From: Candidatus Sumerlaeaceae bacterium
GTDB taxonomy: Bacteria > Sumerlaeota > Sumerlaeia > Sumerlaeales > Sumerlaeaceae
Assembly: GCA_049968255.1 (NCBI GenBank)
Contig: JBMFRB010000003.1
Span: 332,477-396,476, forward strand
Direction: 5' to 3'
DNA length: 64,000 bases
The position numbers were made by a program, and so were the translations under genes. The notes under the pieces are model-generated. The model made no database searches. It had not been told where the DNA came from and was given only the letters and a program-made list of their open reading frames with translations. Below, in pieces: positions 10,154-19,462 of this stretch. Each line of letters starts with the position of its first letter. Position 1 is the stretch's first letter.

Positions 10154-11611
10154 ATGTTTCCCGACGTAAGAAAACCAGTGCAATCGGTCCCGCGCCAACT
10201 GTTTGGCGGAGCAATCGCAGCCGCAGTCTTTTCCATTTTGAGCTCCCTGGCAATTCGAGTTGGCGGTCCGCTAGCGCTGGTCGCAATGGTGGCTCTGGCG
10301 ATTCTCACAGTCCTCCTGGCCATCCACCCTTTTGTCTTTTTTGCGATGTATTTCGTTGCTTTGTTTTTTGCGGATACGCGAGTGCCTAGCCTCCCACTGA
10401 GCATCAACCAGATCCTTGCGCTGCTGTTCATCGTTTCGTGGGTCGGGCATTGGTTTCGCGGTAGCACCATTGCGTTGCGTTCGTCTGTCTTGCCTTGGCT
10501 CACCCTCATGGCAGTGTATTTCACTGCTAACGCTCTGCTTGGCGAGAGCCCGCCGCACGGCCAACTCATGGCGCGTTATGTTGTCATTTATTACGGCCTG
10601 GCTGTTCTTCTTGCCCTGTGCTTGCGCTCCGAACGCGCTATCTCTGCCTATGCGTGGATTAGTCTCGTTCTGACTTTCTTTGCGGCCGTTCTGGGCTTGT
10701 TCGAGGCAATTCAGCGGGGAACATTCTCTGCCTTTGCAGGGAAGATCTCCGACGCCGTGCGGGTGAAAGGTACGGCATCCACGGCAAACGTTTACGGGTG
10801 GAATCTTCTTTTCGCTTTCCCCTTCGCGTTCTTCCTCTTTTCGCAGACGCGCCACAGGATTAAGCGAGCTGCAGCTCTGATCATGGGCCTATTTATTTTG
10901 TTTGTGGCGCTTCTCACGCTCAGCCGCCAAACCATGGTTCTTGTGATCCTACTTCTCATCGTATGCGTGCGTGTCTTCCAATATCCGAGCCGCCGTCAGG
11001 TGCTTGTGGGGACGACGGTTTTTCTTGCGCTCGCTGCTGGATTTGCTGCTCCACCGCTTGTTGCGCGATTGCTCTCTGTCACGCAGCTCTCGCGTGATTA
11101 TTCCTATTTGGAGCGCCGCGATAGCGTCCTCATCTGTCTCGAAGTGATCAAAGCTCGTCCTATCTTCGGCGTTGGGCTTGGTTCCTACACAGCTGTTTGG
11201 CGCAATTATCTTCCGAGAGATTACAGCACGTTTTTCGCTCAGTACATTGAGCCAACTCGACCACGCGCGCCAGACCAAGGCTATCTCCAAATTACTGCCG
11301 AGGGAGGTGTTGTTGGGCTGCTGATTTTTCTGATCTTTGTGTTAGCGGTGGGGCGACAGGTCTGGCGCATTCGCCGCTTGGCAGCAATGCGTAACGACAC
11401 CTTCGCATACAATTTAGCGGCCCTTGTGCTCGCTCTCATGCTACACTTTCTCGCCACCACGTTCACCGACGACACGTTCCTCTATGTTCGCGTGTGGCTG
11501 ATCTATCCTCTTGCACTGCTATTGGATGAACGGATGTTGTGGGGGCCTGCATTGCGCGAAGACACCCAAAATTCGACCGCCGACGCCACAACAGTCGGAG
11601 ACATCGTGTGA
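10154..11611 (+). CDS. O-antigen ligase (WaaL/Wzy_C) family membrane protein
   Basis: Multi-TM; RVKGT, LLTLSR, RPIFGVGLG, QGYLQITAEGGVVGL. Confidence 0.85.
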   Translation: MFPDVRKPVQSVPRQLFGGAIAAAVFSILSSLAIRVGGPLALVAMVALAILTVLLAIHPFVFFAMYFVALFFADTRVPSLPLSINQILALLFIVSWVGHWFRGSTIALRSSVLPWLTLMAVYFTANALLGESPPHGQLMARYVVIYYGLAVLLALCLRSERAISAYAWISLVLTFFAAVLGLFEAIQRGTFSAFAGKISDAVRVKGTASTANVYGWNLLFAFPFAFFLFSQTRHRIKRAAALIMGLFILFVALLTLSRQTMVLVILLLIVCVRVFQYPSRRQVLVGTTVFLALAAGFAAPPLVARLLSVTQLSRDYSYLERRDSVLICLEVIKARPIFGVGLGSYTAVWRNYLPRDYSTFFAQYIEPTRPRAPDQGYLQITAEGGVVGLLIFLIFVLAVGRQVWRIRRLAAMRNDTFAYNLAALVLALMLHFLATTFTDDTFLYVRVWLIYPLALLLDERMLWGPALREDTQNSTADATTVGDIV

Positions 11612-12786
11612 TGATTCGCGTGGCCCTTGTTTCCCACCTGTCCGAAATCTCCGGCGCAGGAATCGCGCTGCTGCGCATCGCACGCGCCCTGAACCCCTCG
11701 CGTTTCCAGACGTGCGTTGTGTTGCCGGGCAAGGGGCCACTTCTCGACCTTGCGCGCAATCAGGGCATACCTCATGTTGTGATTGAAAATCCTGAGCAAA
11801 GCTGGGCGGCCGCGCCGCTTCTGCTAAAACCAAAAATTCTCGCGCGCCGCATTGCCTATCTTCACGCTCTTACACAGTTCTATCGACGCGAGCGTTTCGA
11901 CGTTGTCTATGTCAACACCACTATCACCGTCTTTGCCGGCTTAGCAGCGCGCCTGGCGCACCTCCCTGTTGTCTGGCATGTCCGCGAGCTGCTAGAGAAT
12001 CCCTCCCGTGCAGCGCGTGCGAAGATGTGGCTAATCGACCATCTCGCCGATGCCATTTTCTATGCCTCGGCCGCAAGCATGGCGCTTTTTCCAGCCTGTC
12101 GGGTCCGACGGCGTCTCGTTGTGCGAAACATCGTGGATGTGGAGCGTTTCGTCAAGGCAACCGTCCCGCCGTTGTTAGATGAGGAGCTGGGCATAGTGCC
12201 GGGCGAAATCGTGATCACTTCCAATGGCGTTTTCCCGCGCAAAGCGCCCGATCTCGTTTTGCGCGCGGCAGCGCTCTTGTGCGCGAGCCGCCGTGAACCG
12301 ATACGAGTGCTCCTTGTTGGGCCCACGCTGCCAGAGCATCGTGGGTATGTTCAAGAGATGCGCACCCTCGCCGCCGAGTTAGGCATTGCCAACCGCGTGA
12401 CTTTTACCGGGCTCCGAAACGATATGCCTTCCATCCTTGCGCGAAGCGACGTGTTTGTGTCGGCCTCGCGCAACGAGGCGCAACCCAACATCATCAATGA
12501 AGCGCTGGTGGCAGGGGTTCCCGTCGTGGCCACAAATGTGGGTGACTGCCGTGCCATGTTGCGCGACGGGGAATTTGGTGAAGTGGTGCCGCCAGAGAAT
12601 CCCCACGCGCTTGCTGCCGCTATCGCACGGATTCTCGACGATCGTCAGGCGGCGCGTGCCCGGGCGCGGCGAGCCCAGGCCGAGATCATCCGTGAGTTCA
12701 CGTCGCCCACATTTTGGCAGCCGGTGGAGCAAGTCCTGGAAGAATTAGCTCGCAAAAATAAGGATGCCAGTCGCGGTGCACAATGA
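11611..12786 (+). CDS. GT4 glycosyltransferase
   Basis: GAGIALL, VVWHVRE, FTGLRNDM, SRNEAQPNIINEAL, PVVATNVG; TGATG coupling to upstream gene. Confidence 0.92.
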   Translation: MIRVALVSHLSEISGAGIALLRIARALNPSRFQTCVVLPGKGPLLDLARNQGIPHVVIENPEQSWAAAPLLLKPKILARRIAYLHALTQFYRRERFDVVYVNTTITVFAGLAARLAHLPVVWHVRELLENPSRAARAKMWLIDHLADAIFYASAASMALFPACRVRRRLVVRNIVDVERFVKATVPPLLDEELGIVPGEIVITSNGVFPRKAPDLVLRAAALLCASRREPIRVLLVGPTLPEHRGYVQEMRTLAAELGIANRVTFTGLRNDMPSILARSDVFVSASRNEAQPNIINEALVAGVPVVATNVGDCRAMLRDGEFGEVVPPENPHALAAAIARILDDRQAARARARRAQAEIIREFTSPTFWQPVEQVLEELARKNKDASRGAQ

Positions 12787-12838
12787 AAAAGCGAGGACAG
12801 GATAAAACCTCGGCGGTAAAATTCTTAGCGAAGTGATA

Positions 12839-15718
12839 ATGAACAGAGCGAGCACAAAAAGAGTGGTCAGCTGGGTACTGGGGCGGAAGGTTGTGACGGG
12901 GATTCTGCTGATGTTGACGTATGCCCTTGGCGCAGCCGACACAACCGAGCCAGCCACGCTAGGGACAACCGCCACTTTGCGGGCCAAGCCAGATTTCTTC
13001 CCCGTGGTGTTTGAAGACCGCAAAACCACACTGCCGACGACTTCGCTCATCGCGGGCGACTCCTCAGCGACGTTGGGGACCGTGACCGTTGATCTTAGCT
13101 CGACCGATACCCTCTCACTCGGCCGTGGGGCTGTCGCTGTCACCACTTCGCCTCAAGTCCTCGCATCGGTAGAACTCTCGCCGTCCCTGCCTATCGAAGT
13201 GGACCGCTCGACAACTGCCGCGATGGTACGTCAGCTCCACGAATTGGAGAAGCGCAACCTCTACGCTGAAGCATTTCTGCTTGCTTGCCAATTGGTGCGC
13301 GAAAATCCAGATGCGGAATTTGCGTACGATGCCGCCATTCGCACGGGGATTGTGTTGAGTCACGCGAATCCTGACCAGATGGAGCAGGAGCTCGAGTTTT
13401 TCTTTCACGAAGCGAAGCGTACTGCTACGCTGCCTGGCCGCTACGTCCTTCAGCAGGCACACTATTATGAGCGCATGGGTAAACTCGAAAAATTCCGTAA
13501 GCTTGTGAGCGAATACGAAAAGCACAACACGAAAGATCCGGATTATTGGGTAACCCTGGCCCGGCTTTATGCAATGAGCGGCGAAACGGCCCGCTCGCGC
13601 GAGTTTCTCGAGCGGGCGTTGCGCGAAGTGCAAGACGTTTTCCCCTTAGTGCTGTTGGCGGCGCGGCTCTATCGCGAATTTGGAAGTTTCGACAAGGCTC
13701 GCCAAACACTGATTGCAGCGGTGGATCAAAATTACGGCCCGTGGCAGATGCGCTCACTTTTGCTCGAGTTTCTTAAGTTGCCAACTTTCGACCCTCCGGA
13801 CGTGGCACAAATGGTGCGTGGCGCGCTAGCCAACGAAGTGCGCTACAGCGTAGCGCGAGGGCTTGCCGACGCAATCGTTGAGCGAGCCATCGAGCGGCGA
13901 GTCTTCTTCCGCTTTCAGCGTTTCTTGGATGAGCGCATTGCGGCAAAAAAGGCTTCGGACGTCGAAATGTGGCTAGCTGCCTTGTTAGCCCAGCGCGCCG
14001 GCGACGACAAGCGATCGTTCGAAATTCTCATGCTCGATCCCGCGAAGACAACACCGGTCATTTCCTACGAGCGAGCGCTGGCGCTGGCACGCGAGGGACG
14101 CCATAAAGAGGCGCACGACATCCTGGCCATTTTAGTGGCCGAACAACCTCTGGAAATTCCTTTCCGTTTGGCGATGGCGCGCGAAGAGCTTGCAACCAGT
14201 CGTCCCCTCGATGTGCTCGAGACACTTAGCCGACTCCGGCTGGAAGAACTGACTGGTTCCGATCGTGATGATTTTATCGACACGGCGATGAAAGCAGCCG
14301 TGATGACTGGCAACCCGCAACGCATCATCGATCTCTGGCTCGACTTGGTGGGCGCTGCTACTTTTGCAGAAATTCAGACCATGGGCGACATCGTCGTGCG
14401 CGCATTGGAAAATGATCCTCAAGCACAGCACATCGAAGATGCCATAGCGGACGCCGTGCGCCAACCAGAGCGTTGGCCGCTCCTTGCTCTCCACGCGCGG
14501 CTGTACGGACGACATGGCAACCACCGCGCTGAGATCGAAAGCTATGCTGCGTATCTTGAGCATGCAGCCGACGACACGCAAATGTTGCGTTTTGCTGCCC
14601 AGCTCGCGCTGCAGTACGCTACCCGTCCGCTCCATATGGAGGCAAGCGCCGAACGCCAATCCACAGCAACGGTGCGCCTGCTCGACAACACACTCGTCGA
14701 GCATGCAGCTTCCTTTTATCGCCGTCTCATTGCGCTCCAGCCGATGGTGGGGGATAATTACTCAGCTCTCATGCGAGTCTATCAAGCGCGCGGCGAAATC
14801 GAGGCAGCAAAAAAAGTTGCCGCTGAACTGGCCGAAAAAAATACGTCCTCGCCGGAGCTGCTCGCAACGGCCGCCACAATTCTTGAGGAAAACGGTTTTC
14901 TCAACGAGGCTCTGCACTATTACGAGCGCGCTCTCCAGGCCGATCCATCGGATTACGGTGTGTGGCTAAAGTATGCGGACGCGTTACTCGCTGCCGGCAG
15001 CCACAAGCAAGCTGAGCTTATTTGCAAGAAAATGCTTGAAGAAGGCTATAGCGGCAAGCCTTACAATCAGCCCACTCTTCTGGCGTACTTGCTCAAGTTA
15101 GCAACCCTGACCCGCGAGACGAGCGGCTTGGTGGAGTATCTCTCCTCGCTGCGCGAAAAGAACATCCCCGGCAAACCAGAATTTTTGCTCAGCTCGGCTA
15201 AGCTGTTGCTTCAGATTGGCGCGCCAGACCAGGCTGTCGCCTCCGTCGCTAAGTTCCAGAAAGACTTCCCTGGCCACACGCTCCTTCAGGAAAGCTATTT
15301 GCTGGCCGGCCAGATTTGGTACTCACGAGGGGACATTGAGAAAGCTATCGCCACGTTCCGTCTCGTCGAAGAGAAATTTCCCCAGTCGCAAGCGGCGATA
15401 ACAGCCGCCTTTAACATTGCTGTGGCACAGGCAAGTGCAGGGCGTATTGACGAGGCACTCGAAACTTATCGCCGAATCGCCAAGCAATACTCTAACGACG
15501 ACCACGCCTTGGGAGCGCTTTTTGAAGCAGCTGTGCTTGCCTCACGCGCACACAAAGACCCCGTGCTTATCAAGACTTTGCTCGAACAATTCCTCGCGAC
15601 CGACTGTCAGGATTTTTCGTTGCGCAGGAACGCTCGCAAAGCGCTGGACGCTTTGGAGGCGGGCAAGCAACCCTTTGCCACCACTCAAGCCGTGCCGCCG
15701 AAAAGTTCCCGAATATGA
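12839..15718 (+). CDS. Large exported TPR-repeat protein
   Basis: Signal-like N-terminus, Thr-rich linker, many TPR helices, C-terminal BamD/CpoB-like repeats (FQKDFPGH, EEKFPQS). Confidence 0.75.
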   Translation: MNRASTKRVVSWVLGRKVVTGILLMLTYALGAADTTEPATLGTTATLRAKPDFFPVVFEDRKTTLPTTSLIAGDSSATLGTVTVDLSSTDTLSLGRGAVAVTTSPQVLASVELSPSLPIEVDRSTTAAMVRQLHELEKRNLYAEAFLLACQLVRENPDAEFAYDAAIRTGIVLSHANPDQMEQELEFFFHEAKRTATLPGRYVLQQAHYYERMGKLEKFRKLVSEYEKHNTKDPDYWVTLARLYAMSGETARSREFLERALREVQDVFPLVLLAARLYREFGSFDKARQTLIAAVDQNYGPWQMRSLLLEFLKLPTFDPPDVAQMVRGALANEVRYSVARGLADAIVERAIERRVFFRFQRFLDERIAAKKASDVEMWLAALLAQRAGDDKRSFEILMLDPAKTTPVISYERALALAREGRHKEAHDILAILVAEQPLEIPFRLAMAREELATSRPLDVLETLSRLRLEELTGSDRDDFIDTAMKAAVMTGNPQRIIDLWLDLVGAATFAEIQTMGDIVVRALENDPQAQHIEDAIADAVRQPERWPLLALHARLYGRHGNHRAEIESYAAYLEHAADDTQMLRFAAQLALQYATRPLHMEASAERQSTATVRLLDNTLVEHAASFYRRLIALQPMVGDNYSALMRVYQARGEIEAAKKVAAELAEKNTSSPELLATAATILEENGFLNEALHYYERALQADPSDYGVWLKYADALLAAGSHKQAELICKKMLEEGYSGKPYNQPTLLAYLLKLATLTRETSGLVEYLSSLREKNIPGKPEFLLSSAKLLLQIGAPDQAVASVAKFQKDFPGHTLLQESYLLAGQIWYSRGDIEKAIATFRLVEEKFPQSQAAITAAFNIAVAQASAGRIDEALETYRRIAKQYSNDDHALGALFEAAVLASRAHKDPVLIKTLLEQFLATDCQDFSLRRNARKALDALEAGKQPFATTQAVPPKSSRI

Positions 15719-15846
15719 CTGCGCATGTCCCCGTTGCCGTCAGACCTATGACTTGACCGCCATGCTCAGTTTTGCGGTTCTTTGCAGGATCGCGGATGTT
15801 TTTGGAGTAGATGATTACGAGTTAGCGAGAAAACGCACGACGCCCC

Positions 15847-16689
15847 ATGTCGTCAGTATATTCACCGACAGCTATGCATCGCATCCCCCTCGAAAGGGAG
15901 TTATTGCAACAGCGCCGCCTGCTGAGCCTCTTCGTGCGGCGCGAGCTTCGTGGGCGCTATGCTGGCTCGCTGCTGGGCATTTTTTGGTCGGTCATCCATC
16001 CACTCGTCATGCTCGCTCTCTACATTATTGTGTTTTCTACGCTCGTCCCTCGCAGCGGGCGATTGCCGTTTCGCTCCGCAACCGCCGAATACGCCGTCTT
16101 CCTCTGCCCTGCACTCATTGCTTGGAATTGGCTCCACGAAGGAATCCTTGGGGCCTGCGGCTCGATCGTTGCGAACGCCCCCCTTATTCGCAAAACTGTT
16201 TTCCCCGTGGGGATCCTTCCTACCGTCTCCGTAGTTGCAAGCGCCACCGGTTTCGTTGTGGCCATGCTAGCCTTCGTGATTTTTCTGGCTGCAGCCGGCC
16301 TCGCTTCTTGGAATCTTCTCCTTTGGCTACCGCTCTTGGCCATTCTTCAGCTCGTTTTTCTTCTGGGGCCAGCATATGTTTTTGCCACGCTGAATGTCTT
16401 TCTTCGCGATACAAATCAGGTGCTATTTGCCGTGTTACAGGTGCTCTTCTGGGCCACGCCGATTGTTTATCCGGCGGAAGTCATCGCCAAGCACTCAGCT
16501 GTCTTCGAGTGGTGGTATCGGCTCAACCCTGTAGCGCGCTTTGTCGATTGTTATCGCCAAGTCATCATCCTCGGCAAAGCGCCCGACGCGGAATCGCTCA
16601 TTTATTTGAGCATCGTGGCCATCCTCTTGTATTACGGTGGGCGCACCGCTTTCGAACGCGCCCGCGGACGGTTCGCTGACGAGGTCTAG
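15847..16689 (+). CDS. wzm: Polysaccharide ABC exporter permease
   Basis: RELRGRYAGSLLGIFW, LIRKTVFP, LNVFLRD, FWATPIVYP, LNPV. Confidence 0.93.
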   Translation: MSSVYSPTAMHRIPLERELLQQRRLLSLFVRRELRGRYAGSLLGIFWSVIHPLVMLALYIIVFSTLVPRSGRLPFRSATAEYAVFLCPALIAWNWLHEGILGACGSIVANAPLIRKTVFPVGILPTVSVVASATGFVVAMLAFVIFLAAAGLASWNLLLWLPLLAILQLVFLLGPAYVFATLNVFLRDTNQVLFAVLQVLFWATPIVYPAEVIAKHSAVFEWWYRLNPVARFVDCYRQVIILGKAPDAESLIYLSIVAILLYYGGRTAFERARGRFADEV

Positions 16690-16691
16690 CA

Positions 16692-18395
16692 ATGGATTCC
16701 TACGCGATCGAAGCCGTAGCCGTGCGCAAGGTTTACCGCCACTATGGCTCGCCGTGGCAACGCGTCCGCAGCCTGGTCGCTGGCCGCGTACCGGCGCGTG
16801 AGTTCGTGGCACTCGACGACGTGACACTTTGTGTGACCAAGGGTAGCGCGCTCGGAGTGCTTGGTCCCAATGGTGCCGGCAAAAGCACGCTCCTCAAAAT
16901 TCTCGCAGGGATCGTCGAGCCGACGTCCGGGCAAGTCGCTGTTCACGGCAGTGTAGGGTCAATCCTCGAGCTTGGCGCTGGTTTTCATCCTGAATTCACT
17001 GGACGCGAAAACCTCGTGCTCAACGCCGCTCTGTTGGGCTATCCACCTGAGCGCACAAGTGAGATCCTTGCGCGCGTCGAAGAATTCTGTGAGCTAGGGC
17101 CTTATCTGGATCTTCCCGTGAAAACATACTCCTCGGGGATGTTTGTTCGGCTTGCTTTCAGCGCCGCCATTGCCATCGAGCCAGATATCTTGCTGGTTGA
17201 CGAAGCGTTGGCCGTGGGCGACGCCGTCTTCGCGCACCGCTGCCTTGCCCGCGTCCGTGAGTTGCGAGAGCGCGGATGCACTATCGTTTTTGTGACCCAC
17301 GACACTGCCACTCTCACTCAGGTTTGCGACCGTGCCATTCTTCTCGCGCAAGGCCGGATTGTCGCCGACGGTTTGCCGCGCGAGGTGGTGGACCTTTATC
17401 TCGTCCGTGTGGCGGAACAGTTAGCCAAAAGTGCCTCGCAAGAAAAAGGGGCCCCCATTCACGTTGTGGGTGCCCGCGAAAGCAGCAACGTCAGCCCGAC
17501 GCGCTTCGGCTCATTCCAAGCCGAGATCGTGGAATGTGCCGTCGAGGGTGCCGATGGCCGCCCGCTGCAACGCATCGTCAGCGGGACCCCAGTCCGCCTG
17601 CGTATGCTTGTTCGCTTTCACCGCGGCGTGGAGAATCCCGTCTTCGGCGTGATGATCAAGAATCGCCACGGTGTGGAAATCTTTGGCACCAACACGCACC
17701 TGCGCACGATGAACACAGGGAGTTTCCAGGCGGGCGACATAGCTCAGGCATGCTTTGATCTGCCACTCATCCTCGGTACCGGCACGTATTCAGTCTCTTA
17801 CGCTGTGCACACGGCTGATGGGCATTTTTTTGACTACCGTGTGGATGCGCAGCTCTGCGAAGTCATTGGTGTGGCCGAGGCCGTGGGGATCGTAAATTTG
17901 CCTGTCGCCGTAAGTGTGGCGAAGGCTGCTGACTCGCTCAGTGCGCCGGTGGCTGATCTTGCGGCACACCTCTACGCCGATGCACCAACCTTGCTCGACA
18001 TGAGTGAGCGTTGTGATCGTTTCCTGGCAGGGGAGTGGCATGTGCCGGAAACCGACAGCGAGGGCACATACCGCTGGCTTGGACGCGAGGGTCTAGCTTT
18101 TGTTGCGGCCGGCCGTGGCCGCACTCTCGAGACAGACGTGCAAACGTTTGCCCCCGACGTGGCTGGCGATCCCCTAATTCTACGCATTCTTGTCAATGGT
18201 CACGAGCTGGGGCAAGTTGAGCTCAACGATTCGCGCAGGCGAATTGTGCGCCTGGGTGTTCCATCTGAAATTCTCCGGCCCATCAACACGATCACGCTTG
18301 TGGCATCACGCGTGTGGTCGCCGACGCAATTCAACACATCCTTGCGCGATGCACGCCAACTCAGCGTGCTGGTGCGCAGGATCGCGGTCCCATGA
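16692..18395 (+). CDS. wzt: Polysaccharide ABC exporter ATPase with Wzt_C domain and an extra C-terminal beta-domain
   Basis: GPNGAGKST, YSSGMFVRLAF, LLVDEALAVGD, VTHD; Wzt_C (RFGS..AEI, GTNT, GTYSVS). Confidence 0.93.
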   Translation: MDSYAIEAVAVRKVYRHYGSPWQRVRSLVAGRVPAREFVALDDVTLCVTKGSALGVLGPNGAGKSTLLKILAGIVEPTSGQVAVHGSVGSILELGAGFHPEFTGRENLVLNAALLGYPPERTSEILARVEEFCELGPYLDLPVKTYSSGMFVRLAFSAAIAIEPDILLVDEALAVGDAVFAHRCLARVRELRERGCTIVFVTHDTATLTQVCDRAILLAQGRIVADGLPREVVDLYLVRVAEQLAKSASQEKGAPIHVVGARESSNVSPTRFGSFQAEIVECAVEGADGRPLQRIVSGTPVRLRMLVRFHRGVENPVFGVMIKNRHGVEIFGTNTHLRTMNTGSFQAGDIAQACFDLPLILGTGTYSVSYAVHTADGHFFDYRVDAQLCEVIGVAEAVGIVNLPVAVSVAKAADSLSAPVADLAAHLYADAPTLLDMSERCDRFLAGEWHVPETDSEGTYRWLGREGLAFVAAGRGRTLETDVQTFAPDVAGDPLILRILVNGHELGQVELNDSRRRIVRLGVPSEILRPINTITLVASRVWSPTQFNTSLRDARQLSVLVRRIAVP

Positions 18396-19462
18396 GTGCG
18401 CGGCCCCCGCACATCGACGTTGTTGTTGCCTCGCTGGACGAGAGGGACGGCGTGTCGTTCGACTCGCTGCAGTGCCACGCAGCGCTAAAGGCGCTTGGCG
18501 TCGAATCCCACCTCTTCTGCGATTACAATCGAAGTGCCGTCGCTGCACGCCAATGGGCCCACCATTATTTGGCGATGCGCGATCACTCCAGGCCAGATGC
18601 CGTGCTTTACGTGTACTCTGTGCAGTCGCCCATCAGCATGTATTTGCGCCAGCAGGGCTGGCCGGTTGTACTCCGTTATCAAAATATTACGCCGCCGCAT
18701 TTCTTTGAACCTTATGATCCCGAATTTGCTCGCCACCTTGCCCAAGGACGCGAAGAGTTAGCCCAATTGTGCGCGCACGTGTTCGCCGGAATTTGTCCCT
18801 CACGCTTCAATGCGTCGGAGCTCGAAAACTATGGCGTGCGGCAAATTCACGTTGTCGCGAATTTTTGTCGTCTCAAAGAAAGAACCTCCGCTTTGCCGCC
18901 AGAATCCTTTGTTCGTCTCCTGTTTGTCGGCCGTGTGGTGCCGAACAAATGTCAACACGAACTCGTGGACGTAGCGTCGCGCCTATGCAGAACGTATGGT
19001 CGCAAGGTTGAGCTCGTTCTCGCGGGGTCGACGACTCGCTGCAGTCTCTATGCGTCTCTTGTGCGAGAGTATGCGCGCAATGGCGGTGTCCCTGTTCATG
19101 TGCTCGAAGAGTTTTCAGAACAGGAAAATGTTTACACTGGCGCACATTTCTATTTGTCGCTCAGCGAGCACGAAGGATTCGGCATGCCTCTTGTTGAAGC
19201 AATGTCAGCTGGAGTTCCTGTCCTCGCTTATGGAGCGGCCGCCGTGCCGGAAGTGGTCGGCGACGGCGGAGTGGTGTTCGACACGAAAGACAAGGATTTC
19301 GTTGCCGCACTCATCGAAGCAATCGTGCACGAGCCGGCGCGTTGGCAGCAACTCGCTGAGGCCGGCGTCAAGCGCGCCGGCGAGTTTCGTCATCACAGAC
19401 TCCGAACACAGCTCGCAGGCGCATTACGAAGTCTAGGTTTCGAGGTAGGCGATGGCGCATAA
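18392..19462 (+). CDS. GT4 glycosyltransferase
   Basis: YQNITP, LFVGRVVPNK, SEHEGFGMPLVEAM; ATGA overlap with wzt. Confidence 0.92.
   Translation: MSARPPHIDVVVASLDERDGVSFDSLQCHAALKALGVESHLFCDYNRSAVAARQWAHHYLAMRDHSRPDAVLYVYSVQSPISMYLRQQGWPVVLRYQNITPPHFFEPYDPEFARHLAQGREELAQLCAHVFAGICPSRFNASELENYGVRQIHVVANFCRLKERTSALPPESFVRLLFVGRVVPNKCQHELVDVASRLCRTYGRKVELVLAGSTTRCSLYASLVREYARNGGVPVHVLEEFSEQENVYTGAHFYLSLSEHEGFGMPLVEAMSAGVPVLAYGAAAVPEVVGDGGVVFDTKDKDFVAALIEAIVHEPARWQQLAEAGVKRAGEFRHHRLRTQLAGALRSLGFEVGDGA

Noticed and set aside
15417-16679. 420-aa + strand ORF
   Set aside because: Alternate frame over the TPR gene end and wzm; Arg/Cys/Ser-rich non-coding composition.
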